Positions 49,764-59,596 are shown, counted from the whole stretch's first letter. The stretch: 62,933 nt of DNA, filler included, from an uncultured bacterium (GCA_965372715.1; 4 parts of 4 records of this genome joined end to end with filler, not necessarily neighbours in it); one strand, 5' to 3'. A program made the numbers and translations. The notes: generated from the letters alone by a model not told the origin.

Positions 49764-51110
49764 TCAGACACCCGTTTCCCTCCCCAGTAGTCGTCTGACG
49801 AGCTTCTTTGCCCCGTAGATCGCTCCGAAGATGCGTCCAAGCAGCCTAGTGCGCCTGTTCATGTAGAACAGCCGCTTCAGGCCTTTTCGTGTCGCCGGAA
49901 GCATCGCATGATCGGCGGAGAGTATGCCCTCCTTGACGGCGATGTCGTGGAGCGCGGTGTGCGGCTCGACCCGGATGTAGCTCGCGAAGGCTCTGCATCG
50001 GGAGCGGAGTCTCAGCTTTGCGCCGATGAAGAACCTGAGAAGCCGAAGGAAGTCGGCAGGCGTCTCTCCTGGCGGGCTTATGAAGAAATTGTAGGAGACG
50101 GAGGCCCTGGTGTCGTTGCGGGCCATCTGAAGCGTCCGTTCGATATCCGCGCGCGTGGACAACTTGCCCATTTTCTTGAGGACAGAATCAGCGAAGGCAT
50201 CCGGTGAAAACGCGAACTCCACGCAGCCCGCCTCGAGCGCGAGGTCCCACTGCTCCTTGCTTAGGAAACGTTCGGCGAACCATCCGATCCAATCAGCCTT
50301 TCCGCCGAGGTCGCGCCCGATCATCTCCCGGCATACCGCCTCGCAGTGAGCCGGCGGGATGTTGAAGACTGGGGCAATGAACTGAAACGTCTTGACGCCG
50401 TGCTGCTCGACGAGCATTTCGACCTCGTCAACGATCTTCTCGGGTGGTCTTAGTCTCACCTTTGTGCCATTCAGGAAAGGATACACGCAATAGACGCACT
50501 TCTGGGCGCAGCCGCGCGAGCTCTCGACGCCGATGCCGAATGGAACATCCCGGTAGGGCTCGATAGGCACAGCGTAGGGCGCGTCGTCTGGATAGTCGGC
50601 CAGGTCGAAGAGCTCGGCGGGGCCTGTGCTTTCCACGTTTCCATCCCTACGGAAAAACACGCCGGGGACCGATGCGGGGCTGTCGAGATTGTCGAGCAAG
50701 GCTGGGAACGTTCGCTCGCCCTCGGACACGACGCCGAAATCGATCTTAGGCGCCGCCCGCATGATCTCGTGCGAATAGATCGAAAACCCGGGGCCGCCAA
50801 TGACGAGGCGGCAGCTGGGGCTCGTCTGTTTGATCGTGTCCACGATGCGAGGGACTTCCTCGAAATAGTAGAAGCGGTCTCTGTATTGAGTGGTATCGAC
50901 GTTGCGAAGCGAGATTCCGACGACATCCGGCCTGTCATCGAGAAGCGCCTCGTCAAGGGCGTGATATGGCAGCTTGTGGATGTTCATGTCGAGCACGGAG
51001 ATGTTGTGTTCTGTCCGCAGCGCTAGGTATCGGCCAAGCGCGTTTAGCCCGGCGGGGAAAATCGGCGGCTCGAATCGGCCGAGGTACGCCTGAACAAGCA
51101 GGATATTCAA
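49764..51110 (-). CDS. B12-binding radical SAM protein
   Basis: MNILLVQ, GISLRNVD, GGPGFS, SEGE, SRGCAQKCVYC, RVEPHT. Confidence 0.9.
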   Translation of the reverse strand: MNILLVQAYLGRFEPPIFPAGLNALGRYLALRTEHNISVLDMNIHKLPYHALDEALLDDRPDVVGISLRNVDTTQYRDRFYYFEEVPRIVDTIKQTSPSCRLVIGGPGFSIYSHEIMRAAPKIDFGVVSEGERTFPALLDNLDSPASVPGVFFRRDGNVESTGPAELFDLADYPDDAPYAVPIEPYRDVPFGIGVESSRGCAQKCVYCVYPFLNGTKVRLRPPEKIVDEVEMLVEQHGVKTFQFIAPVFNIPPAHCEAVCREMIGRDLGGKADWIGWFAERFLSKEQWDLALEAGCVEFAFSPDAFADSVLKKMGKLSTRADIERTLQMARNDTRASVSYNFFISPPGETPADFLRLLRFFIGAKLRLRSRCRAFASYIRVEPHTALHDIAVKEGILSADHAMLPATRKGLKRLFYMNRRTRLLGRIFGAIYGAKKLVRRLLGRETGV

Positions 51111-51568
51111 CGCTTATTTCTCTTTCGCGATGTTCTGAGGCCGGCGAGTAAGAGAATCGTTATCTGGGCAAAAGCCGCGCCGAGCAGGTCTGCGCCAATG
51201 TCGGGCAGGCTGGCATATCTACCACTCACGAAGAATTGGTGAAACTCGTCGCTTACAGCGTAGGCAACGCAGAAGAGCGTCGCGATGACGGAGGCCATCC
51301 CGATGCGGAACGATAGCGGCCTGGTCCTGAACGCGAGGTTTGCCAAGAGGCCCATTATGAAATACTCGATGAAATGGAGCACATAATCAGGAATCTTGCT
51401 CAGCTCCCGGGGCACATCTGAGATGGAGGACCCGACGAACACCAGGGCGCAGTATCCGCCCAATATGGCCCAAACCAATACTGGGCGATTCGTGAGGCTC
51501 GTCCGGTTGCCAAATGGCCTCTGGCGGCCTGAGCCGGGGGACCTCTTGTGTTTGTCCTTATTCAACAT
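51107..51568 (-). CDS. VanZ-family membrane protein
   Basis: DYVLHFIEY, YAVSDEFHQFFVSGR, DIGADLLG. Confidence 0.9.
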   Translation of the reverse strand: MLNKDKHKRSPGSGRQRPFGNRTSLTNRPVLVWAILGGYCALVFVGSSISDVPRELSKIPDYVLHFIEYFIMGLLANLAFRTRPLSFRIGMASVIATLFCVAYAVSDEFHQFFVSGRYASLPDIGADLLGAAFAQITILLLAGLRTSRKRNKR

Positions 51569-51793
51569 CGTGAGCTCATATCTCCACCCGTGACGGTTAT
51601 TTCAGGGCGTGGTAATCTCAGCCTAACCAGTTCTGTCCACCCCTTTCCCCGCAGATTATATGCAACCGGGGCGGTTGGGCAAGTTGCGGAGGCATCCTGT
51701 GGGGTGCGGCGTGAGTCGGCACAGATGTGTGGAGACAACGTTCGTGAGCAAAAGTGGTTGCAAGGCGTTGCCCGGTGGCTTACTTTTGGTAAT

Positions 51794-51885
51794 GGAGAGA
51801 TGCCGGAGAGGTCGAACGGGGCCGACTCGAAATCGGCTGTGCGGCTTAAACCGCACCGGGGGTTCGAATCCCTCTCTCTCCGCCA
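51794..51885 (+). tRNA. tRNA-Ser(CGA)
   Basis: GGAGAGA acceptor, GCCGA-CT-CGA-AA-TCGGC, long variable arm, GGTTCGAATCC, CCA end. Confidence 0.97.
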
Positions 51886-51964
51886 AAGGCCACCGCTTGA
51901 GGGTTGCGCAAGCCTGCGATCATAAGACAGATAAGCGACGTGAGTGGAAGTTGAACAAAAGGTG

Positions 51965-52141
51965 ATGGATAGAGAAAAAGGCCTCAGGCGTTACAAGGGA
52001 AGCGCAGTCCGAACCGGCATAGGTTTTGGTTCAGCGTTGGCAATCGCTATCTCTTGGTCAGTCAACAAGTCGATTCTTTGGGCGATAATTCACGGGCTGC
52101 TGTCTTGGATATACGTGATCTACTTCGCCGTGACACGTTGA
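51965..52141 (+). CDS. Small two-TM hypothetical membrane protein
   Basis: GIGFGSALAIAISWSVNKSILWAIIHGLLSWIYVIYFA; AAGG upstream of ATG 51965. Confidence 0.75.
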   Translation: MDREKGLRRYKGSAVRTGIGFGSALAIAISWSVNKSILWAIIHGLLSWIYVIYFAVTR

Positions 52142-52228
52142 TGATATGTCCGCTTCACGGAGGTAGTGGCGTCGGACTCCGCTGAGCCGATTGTCTCGCG
52201 GAGGTCCCCTTTTGGCATTTGTGTTTTC

Positions 52229-52317
52229 GGAGAGGTGTCCGAGAGGCCGAAGGAGCACGACTGGAAATCGTGTAGGCGGCTTAAACCGTCTCGGGGGTTC
52301 GAATCCCCCCCTCTCCG
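52229..52317 (+). tRNA. tRNA-Ser(GGA), CCA not encoded
   Basis: GGAGAGG acceptor, CACGA-CT-GGA-AA-TCGTG, long variable arm, GGTTCGAATCC; followed by CCG. Confidence 0.96.
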
Positions 52318-52369
52318 CCGGCCGGGAAAACAGGTTGCTGACTCGCCCTCTGAGAGGGCTCACCAGCCG

Positions 52370-53160
52370 ATTTTAGACGCAAAATCGAATTGTTTGTCTT
52401 GCAGAGTTATGTTGCTTCTGATATTAGTAAATAATATCGTGACTTAGGAGTATGAAGAATAAACCAATTTTTGCAGGAACAGGGAACTTTATTTTCAGAA
52501 AAGAATTTGCCACCAAAGAAAATTAAAAAATATGGATAAAAAAATCATTTCGGAGAAGTTAAGTTGGTTTAGGGGGAATATAATTTCAGATGCAACTGTA
52601 ATAGAGACAGCTCTCGGTTGGAATCTAAGAACATATTTTTTCCCTAAAACTAATAGGCAAGCTTCAATTTTTTATTATTATATTATCAACACATCTCATT
52701 TTAATTTCGATAAAAAGATTTCACTCTATGAGCAAATCCCATATTTTAAAAAATTAAAACGATACCCACAAGTCAAAAACTCTTTAAGGTTTGTTCAAAA
52801 ATTGAGAAACGCAGTAGCCCATTGGGAATTAGATGAAAAGATGAGTAACAAGAATGAAATTATTATTCGCAATCCAGTTACATTTCGGAGATTAAAATTA
52901 GATGATAAATTGATAGAACAGTTTAAAGAACATGAAAAATTTCTTCTAAAAATCTTTGGTTGGGAAGAAACCCTTAAAGAAAAAAAAGAATTCGCCGCCA
53001 AAGAGTAAAATTGTTAGAATTTTACCTGCGGGCTATCGCCCGCTGAAAACTTGAAATCGTCCTTTTCGCTTCCGCTTCAAGGCGAGGCGGGTGGAAGGGG
53101 GGTTTGGGCGGAATTCCTCCCGCCGAGCCCAGTCAGTTCGGTTCGGATATTTTCAAACAG
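52370..53160. mobile_element. AT-rich horizontally acquired islet downstream of tRNA-Ser(GGA)
   Basis: Abrupt drop in GC with long A/T runs; no integrase or duplicated att site seen; boundaries approximate. Confidence 0.65.
52532..53008 (+). CDS. Putative HEPN-superfamily protein
   Basis: All-helical pattern, N-terminal IETAL glutamate, LRNAVAH Rx4H motif. Confidence 0.65.
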   Translation: MDKKIISEKLSWFRGNIISDATVIETALGWNLRTYFFPKTNRQASIFYYYIINTSHFNFDKKISLYEQIPYFKKLKRYPQVKNSLRFVQKLRNAVAHWELDEKMSNKNEIIIRNPVTFRRLKLDDKLIEQFKEHEKFLLKIFGWEETLKEKKEFAAKE

Positions 53161-53375
53161 ACACCGCCAGCGGGCCGAGGGCCTGCGCTCCCGTAGTTCC
53201 TTCGGCCAGAGAATGCAGCCGGACGGCTTGCACGTGCCGAGCTCGCATCCGGCCTGGAATCTCACCACCCGTAGTGGCAAGCCGCGAAGCTGCGCCCACC
53301 GCAGCTCACGTTTGATAGTATCGTGCTCTGTGATATTGTGGGGGAGAAGATAACACATAGTATCTGGAGACGAGG

Positions 53376-54962
53376 ATGCAACGTCCCAAACTAGCAGTTC
53401 TGATAATAATGGATGGGTGGGGGCTGAGCGACGAGAGGGAACACAATGCTGTTTATCAGGCAAAGACGCCGAACGTGGATAGACTGTGCAAGCAGTATCC
53501 ATATACGACGCTTTTGGCGTCCGGCGAGGCGGTCGGCCTTCCCGAGGGTCAGATGGGCAACTCCGAGGTTGGTCATCTCAATCTCGGCGCGGGACGAATC
53601 GTCTATCAGGACTTGGTGCGAGTATCCAGGGCGATACACGACGGCTCCTTTTTTGAGAACAGGGCGTTAGTATCGGCAGCTGACCATGCGAGGCGGAACG
53701 GCGGCGCCGTTCACGTTTTGGGCCTGCTTTCTGATGGCGGCGTGCATACCCATTTGCGGCACATACACGCGCTCGTCAAGCTCTACGAGGAGCAAGGCGT
53801 CGATAGGCTGTTTCTACACTGTTTTCTGGACGGCAGGGATACGCCGCCTCAAAGTGCGCTCGGCTACATAAATGACACCGAGGAATTGCTGGGAAAATTC
53901 GCCGGAGGGCGCAATCTCGCCAAAGGCGGACTCGACGGCCCCAAGATTGCCACGGTTGGCGGGCGTTACTACGGAATGGACCGCGACAACCGTTGGACAC
54001 GTGTTGAGAAGGCATACAACGCGATCGTGATGGGGCAGGGACTTCTAGCACAGAGCGCTGCCGAGGCCGTTCAAATGGGATATGCGCGAGGTGAGGTGGA
54101 CGAGCTCATGCTTCCTACGGTTATCGTTAATGACAAAGGTGAACCCATTGCTCGGATGCAGGACGGAGACGCCGTGGTGTTCGCCAATTTCAGGGCCGAC
54201 CGAACGAGAGAGATGACCTCTGCACTCATCTATCCTGATTTCAGTCGTTTTGAGCGCAAGTTCTTCCCTAAACTCTCGAAGTTCGTCTGCATGACGGAAT
54301 ACAAGGAGGAGTTCAACGAAGCGGACATCATTGAGGTGGCGTATCCGCCTCAGAAGCTCGAGCGGCTTCTTGGAGCTGAAATCGAGACGGCCGGCAAGAG
54401 GCAGTTTCGTACGTCAGAAACGGAGAAGTATGCCCACGTAACTTTCTTTTTCAACGGCGGGATTGAGGAGCCCTTTGAGCACGACGATAGAGTTCTTATT
54501 CCTTCTCCTTCGGTCGCGACTTACGATCTGAAACCCGAGATGAGCGCCTATGAGGTGAAGGACGCCGTGATCGACCGGATACTCTCGCGGGAATATGCAT
54601 TTGTGGTGGTGAACTTCGCCAATGCTGATATGGTTGGCCACACAGGAGTGTTCGACGCGGCGATCAAGGCAGTTGAGACAGTTGATGAGTGCGTGGGCGA
54701 GGTGGTGAAAGCGACGCTTTCTGTTGGGGGCTGTGCGATTGTTACAGCTGACCACGGCAATGCCGAGAAGATGTGGGACGAGGCTACCAACGGGCCTCAT
54801 ACGGCCCACACGACGAATCCGGTGCCGTGTGTGGTGGTTGGCTACTTAAGCGGTCCTTTGGTCGAACAGGGCAAGCTGGCGGACATAGCCCCGACGATTC
54901 TCACGGTGCTCGGACTTGAGGTCCCTGAGCAGATGAACGGGGAGGTGCTTTTCGCCAAATGA
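53376..54962 (+). CDS. gpmI: 2,3-bisphosphoglycerate-independent phosphoglycerate mutase
   Basis: MDGWG, GQMGNSEVGH, SDGGVH, DGRDT, GRYYGMDRD, ETEKYAHVTFF, DMVGHTG, TADHGN. Confidence 0.98.
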   Translation: MQRPKLAVLIIMDGWGLSDEREHNAVYQAKTPNVDRLCKQYPYTTLLASGEAVGLPEGQMGNSEVGHLNLGAGRIVYQDLVRVSRAIHDGSFFENRALVSAADHARRNGGAVHVLGLLSDGGVHTHLRHIHALVKLYEEQGVDRLFLHCFLDGRDTPPQSALGYINDTEELLGKFAGGRNLAKGGLDGPKIATVGGRYYGMDRDNRWTRVEKAYNAIVMGQGLLAQSAAEAVQMGYARGEVDELMLPTVIVNDKGEPIARMQDGDAVVFANFRADRTREMTSALIYPDFSRFERKFFPKLSKFVCMTEYKEEFNEADIIEVAYPPQKLERLLGAEIETAGKRQFRTSETEKYAHVTFFFNGGIEEPFEHDDRVLIPSPSVATYDLKPEMSAYEVKDAVIDRILSREYAFVVVNFANADMVGHTGVFDAAIKAVETVDECVGEVVKATLSVGGCAIVTADHGNAEKMWDEATNGPHTAHTTNPVPCVVVGYLSGPLVEQGKLADIAPTILTVLGLEVPEQMNGEVLFAK

Positions 54963-54992
54963 CGCCCACTTTGATCCGAGATTCGCCAGACT

Positions 54993-55061
54993 GTAGGGGC
55001 GGCGCTTGCCCCGCCCTTCGGACGTTCGGTCACAGATGGGCGGTGCTTGCCCCGCCCCTAC
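54993..55061. repeat. GTAG-family REP doublet
   Basis: GTAGGGGCGGCGCTTGCCCCGCCC ... GGGCGGTGCTTGCCCCGCCCCTAC. Confidence 0.85.
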
Positions 55062-55149
55062 GATGCCCGACACCGAATTATGACCCAGTCTCCTCGTCTG
55101 CGCCCGTTTCAGCTTACGGGACAGCCTCTTCTGGTGAAAGGCGCGATTG

Positions 55150-56772
55150 ATGCATAGCGACAATGTCCTTTACTACGGGGACAATCTGGAGGTCCTAAGG
55201 CTGCATGTTAGGGATGAGTCCGTTGACCTGATCTATCTTGACCCGCCTTTCAACAGCAACCAGACCTACAACGTTCTCTTTGCTGAGCAGAACGGTTCCG
55301 AGTCGGCTGCGCAGATAAAGGCTTTCAAGGATACCTGGCACTGGGACCTTCAGGCAGCCGAGACCTACGAGGACGTAGTTGAAGCAGGAGGCAGCATCTC
55401 CGAGGCGATGCAGGCCTTCCGAAAGCTTCTCGGCAGCAGCGACATGATGGCCTACGTAACGATGATGGCTCCGCGCCTCACGGAGCTTCGCCGCGTCCTG
55501 AAACCGACTGGCAGTATATACATTCACTGCGACCCCACGGCGAGCCACTACTTGAAGCTTCTAATGGATGCTGTTTTCGGCCCGAAGAATTTCCGCAACG
55601 AAATAGTATGGCAGCGAACCGGGGCCCATAGCGACGCCAAGCGATTTGCGAGGCTCACTGACACGATTCTATTCTACAGCAAGACCGGGTCCTTTGTTTG
55701 GACGAGGCCCCGGCGTGGCTACGATGACAAGTATGTCAGAACGCATTACACGCAGATCGACGGCGAAGGTAGGGTCTTTAGATACGATAACTTGGTCAAG
55801 CCCAAAGGCAGCAAGGGCTATTTCTACACGCTGCTTGGGCATCCTGCCCCACGAAATGGATGGCGGATGCCTCTTGCGAGGGCTAAGGAGTGGCTTGCCA
55901 AGGGCAGAATCGAGATACCGCCCAAGGGCAAGGTCCCGGCTTACAAACGGTATTTGGAGGAGGGCAAAGGGCCACTTCTCGGGAATCTCTGGAGTGATCT
56001 CCCACCCATCAATTCACAGGCCAAAGAGTCGCTCGGCTATCCGACACAGAAGCCCGAGTCGCTTCTTGAACGGATTATCAATGCGAGCAGCAATGAGGGC
56101 GACGTGGTGCTCGACCCGTTTTGCGGATGCGGCACCACGGTCTCAGTCTGCCAGCGACTCAACCGCCGCTGGATAGGTATCGACATAACGCATCTCGCGG
56201 TTACTTTAATCAAGTATCGCCTTCGGGACACGTTTGGCGACGAGGTTGACTATCAGGTCATCGGCGAGCCGGTTTCCATTTCAGGCGCGATGGCGCTTGC
56301 GAAGGAGAACCCGTATCAATTCCAGTGGTGGGCGCTCGGCCTAGTTGGGGCAAGGCCTGTTGAGGAGAAGAAGGGCGCCGACAGGGGCATCGATGGCCGG
56401 CTCTACTTCCACGACGAGGCAAGGGCCGGCAAGACCAAACAGATTGTCTTCTCGGTGAAGGCCGGCCACGTATCCGTCTCTCACATTCGCGACCTCCGTG
56501 GTGTGGTTGAGCGTGAGAACGCCCAGATTGGCGTGCTGGTCACGATGTTGCCGCCCACGAAGGGGATGCTGGACGAGGCGTTAAACGCCGGGTTCTATGA
56601 GTCTCCGACGTGGCAGAAGCGTTATCCCCGTATCCAGATACTCACGGTTGAGGACCTGATGCGCGGCCGGGGTATTGATTGCCCACCGCTCAAACGAACG
56701 AACGTCACGTTCAAGAAGGCCCCGAAGGCCGAGAGAGCCCGGGAAAGCAACAACAGCAAGTTGTTCGAGTGA
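55150..56772 (+). CDS. N6/N4 DNA methyltransferase (beta class) with C-terminal Mrr-like domain
   Basis: LYYGDNL, YLDPPF, YPTQKP, LDPFCGCGTT; C-terminal GADRGIDG...SVKAG. Confidence 0.92.
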   Translation: MHSDNVLYYGDNLEVLRLHVRDESVDLIYLDPPFNSNQTYNVLFAEQNGSESAAQIKAFKDTWHWDLQAAETYEDVVEAGGSISEAMQAFRKLLGSSDMMAYVTMMAPRLTELRRVLKPTGSIYIHCDPTASHYLKLLMDAVFGPKNFRNEIVWQRTGAHSDAKRFARLTDTILFYSKTGSFVWTRPRRGYDDKYVRTHYTQIDGEGRVFRYDNLVKPKGSKGYFYTLLGHPAPRNGWRMPLARAKEWLAKGRIEIPPKGKVPAYKRYLEEGKGPLLGNLWSDLPPINSQAKESLGYPTQKPESLLERIINASSNEGDVVLDPFCGCGTTVSVCQRLNRRWIGIDITHLAVTLIKYRLRDTFGDEVDYQVIGEPVSISGAMALAKENPYQFQWWALGLVGARPVEEKKGADRGIDGRLYFHDEARAGKTKQIVFSVKAGHVSVSHIRDLRGVVERENAQIGVLVTMLPPTKGMLDEALNAGFYESPTWQKRYPRIQILTVEDLMRGRGIDCPPLKRTNVTFKKAPKAERARESNNSKLFE

Positions 56773-56812
56773 TCGTGGCCTGGGCCGTCATTGACGCTGT
56801 AATCATCATATC

Positions 56813-57937
56813 ATGAAGGTTAAGAGCTATTCCGACCTTTACAGGAGGCTTGTCGGGCTTCACGCCAGACTCCCATATCACATCTCGCCCAAGAAGGCTC
56901 TGCCCCCGCTACAGGCCTTCTTCGAGGTTACATATCGCTGCAATCTTAGGTGCGAGATGTGCCAGTTCACCGATTTTTTTGAGCAGAATCTTGCGGCCGC
57001 TGACAAGCTTGGCGAGCTGAGCACGGACGAGATCAGGGGCATCATCCGACAGGTCCCCAAGTATTCGCTGTTGTCGTTCAGCGGCGGCGAGCCGTTTGTG
57101 CGTCGCGACCTGATGGAGATACTCGAATGGGCGTCGCGCCGCAACACAACGCACGTCATTACCAACGGCACTCTTGTTAACGAGGAGAAGGCCAGGAGGC
57201 TAGCCGAGTTGGGCGCGGGGGCGCTCGGTACCAAGGGGCTCGTTCTCGTCGGCGTCTCGATACAAGGCGACGAGAGCCTTCACGATGAGATAACGGGCTC
57301 GAGCGGCTCGTTCGATAAGGCGTGCAAGACCGTCGAAATGATCCGATACCACCGCGACAGGCTGGGCAAAAAATACCCGCTCATCAACATCAAGACGGTG
57401 ATCACGCATAAGACGGTTCGCTTCCTCGCAGACATGTTCGACCTCGCGGAGAGGCTTGGGGCCGACATCTGCAACCTTCTGACCATGAACAGCGCGCTGG
57501 ACTTCTACTGCCGTCTGGCGAGGCTCGAGGACATGGGCAGGATAAGGGCTTGGGCGAACAGCCCGGCAGTTCCTGAGAAGCTGGATGTCGATCTGCTCGA
57601 TACGATGCTGCAAAAAGTCGAGCAACGGGCGGCGGCGTCCCGCGTCCAGCTGAGGCTCTCGCCGCAGGGCATCCCCAGACAGGAGCTCGTCGATTTCCAT
57701 AGGGACAGGCTCAATCTCGCGCGATACGTATGTTTCATGCCCTGGTCGAAGGTATTCATCTCGGCCTACGGCGACGTTTTGATCTGTTTCAACCAATGGG
57801 TAGGCAACCTCCGCGAGAGCAGCCTAAAGGAGCTCTGGATCGCGCCCAAGATGATGCGATTTCGGCAGATGCTCAAGGACGCGGGCATATTCCCCGCCTG
57901 CGCTGGTTGCTGTCAATCTGAGTTCGCCGGGGGTTAG
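56813..57937 (+). CDS. Radical SAM protein with SPASM/twitch domain
   Basis: CNLRCEMC, SGGEPF, ITNGT, CFMPW...GDVLIC, PACAGCC. Confidence 0.92.
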   Translation: MKVKSYSDLYRRLVGLHARLPYHISPKKALPPLQAFFEVTYRCNLRCEMCQFTDFFEQNLAAADKLGELSTDEIRGIIRQVPKYSLLSFSGGEPFVRRDLMEILEWASRRNTTHVITNGTLVNEEKARRLAELGAGALGTKGLVLVGVSIQGDESLHDEITGSSGSFDKACKTVEMIRYHRDRLGKKYPLINIKTVITHKTVRFLADMFDLAERLGADICNLLTMNSALDFYCRLARLEDMGRIRAWANSPAVPEKLDVDLLDTMLQKVEQRAAASRVQLRLSPQGIPRQELVDFHRDRLNLARYVCFMPWSKVFISAYGDVLICFNQWVGNLRESSLKELWIAPKMMRFRQMLKDAGIFPACAGCCQSEFAGG

Positions 57938-57942
57938 CTGCT

Positions 57943-59565
57943 TTGGCCAGGTCGCATCCCAGTGTAGGCGCCTCCGCTGCACGCGATCGCCCTGTCCGTA
58001 GTTGGGGCCGGCGTGCACCGATTGTGCTGATAACGCTGCTCGCGGCGGTGCTTCGGCTTTATCGGCTCGGTCATCTCTCGTTCTGGTATGACGAGGCGGC
58101 GACGATTGTACTCTCTAAGAACATCAGCGTTCTGCCCCAGTCGCTCACAACCTCCGCCCCGCTGCCCCTCGTGATCGCCCACTACTGGAACCTCCTGGGT
58201 CATTCTGAGTTCTGGATCAGGCTGTGGGCCGCAGCCTTCGGGATCGCCCTCGTCCCGCTGGTGTGGGCGCTCGGCAAGCGCCTGTTCGGCAGTCGTGCAG
58301 GGCTTTTTGCCGCGGCGCTCGTCGCGGTCAATCCGCTCTGCATCTACTACTCGCAAGAGACGCGGGCATACTCGATCCTGCCGTTTTTCGTCGTTGGCTC
58401 CGCTTATTGCTGGCTCGTCGCCGGAAAGAAGCAGAAATGGTGGGCTCACGGCCTGTGCGCCTCGTTTGCGCTCGCCCTTGCCTTCTATTCCCATTACTAC
58501 GCGGTCCTATGGATAGCTTCGTTACCGCTCTCGATCTTGCTGATGGCCCGGTCGAGGCGCGGTCTTGCCTCGGCAACCAGGCTGGGCCTCAAGACGCTTG
58601 TTGCTTCGCTCGTTCTCGTGGCCCCGTGGCTTACGATATTCTTCGATAAGGCCACCACCACCGTATCAGCGGCCGATTTCTGGGTTCCCAAGCCGACGTT
58701 CAAGACGCTCTTGATCAGTCTCAAGAACATGTCCATCGGCTTTCAGGCGCCTTTGAGCGCAGGCGCCATCGCCGCAGTTCTCGTGGCGGTGGCGGCAGTC
58801 TTCGGCCTCTGCTGCGCGCTGATTCGCGGATGGAGTGCCCAGCTGCGATTTCTTGCGGTAAACGCCTTCGTCCCGATCTTCCTTGCTTTTGCGATATCGC
58901 AGCTGGCCCAAAACTCCATCTACCTCGATCGCTGCCTTATCCCGTCGGCCGTGTTCTTTCTAATGATAGCGGCTTATGGCATCTCCATACTGCGAAGATG
59001 GACGGCTCTCGCTGTGCTCCTGTTGCTATTTTTTCTGACGTCATTTTCTCTCTACAACCACTACAGCAATGTCATCCCCGACATATCACACTGCCCGGGC
59101 GTGCGCGAGCGCAAGGACTTCAGGCAGGCGGCAGAGTTCGTCAAGCAGAACCTTGTCGAAGGCGATCTTATCGGCCACACGTGCAGAAGCTCGCTTGCGC
59201 CGTTCATGGTCTATCTTCCAGAGGAGCAGAAACAAATAGTCCTCGCATCGAGCTGGCAGCACAGGGCGAAAGTGATGCAGAAATATCCATACAAAGGCCT
59301 GTGGAACAGCAAGCTGTCGGAGATGACGCTCCCTGTCCCGGTTTACGACCTGCCCCCGGGTTACAAAAGACTGATCCTCGTCGCAAGCGAATGGGACATA
59401 GGCAAGGGAGATTTTTACTCCGAGGAGAAGAGCGTTATCAAGCGGTTTCTCGACAGCAATTATCCCCTCATCATGTCAAAGGAGTTCTATGGCGCCCCGC
59501 TATACTTCTACGATTTGACGAAGTCGCTGACGCTGGGAGGACCGATTCGCGAGGGCGGATTCTGA
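57943..59565 (+). CDS. GT39/PMT-like (GT-C) membrane glycosyltransferase
   Basis: LRLYRLG.SFWYDE, SEFWIRL, YYSQETRAY, YSHYY. Confidence 0.88.
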   Translation: MARSHPSVGASAARDRPVRSWGRRAPIVLITLLAAVLRLYRLGHLSFWYDEAATIVLSKNISVLPQSLTTSAPLPLVIAHYWNLLGHSEFWIRLWAAAFGIALVPLVWALGKRLFGSRAGLFAAALVAVNPLCIYYSQETRAYSILPFFVVGSAYCWLVAGKKQKWWAHGLCASFALALAFYSHYYAVLWIASLPLSILLMARSRRGLASATRLGLKTLVASLVLVAPWLTIFFDKATTTVSAADFWVPKPTFKTLLISLKNMSIGFQAPLSAGAIAAVLVAVAAVFGLCCALIRGWSAQLRFLAVNAFVPIFLAFAISQLAQNSIYLDRCLIPSAVFFLMIAAYGISILRRWTALAVLLLLFFLTSFSLYNHYSNVIPDISHCPGVRERKDFRQAAEFVKQNLVEGDLIGHTCRSSLAPFMVYLPEEQKQIVLASSWQHRAKVMQKYPYKGLWNSKLSEMTLPVPVYDLPPGYKRLILVASEWDIGKGDFYSEEKSVIKRFLDSNYPLIMSKEFYGAPLYFYDLTKSLTLGGPIREGGF

Positions 59566-59596
59566 GAGGTTGCGTCGCAGATGGATGGCTATTCTT

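Noticed and set aside
2024..54962. Apparent serine theme (three tRNA-Ser genes, SerA-like gene, aminotransferase, gpmI)
   Set aside because: Spread over three separately assembled contigs, so co-occurrence in the window is coincidental
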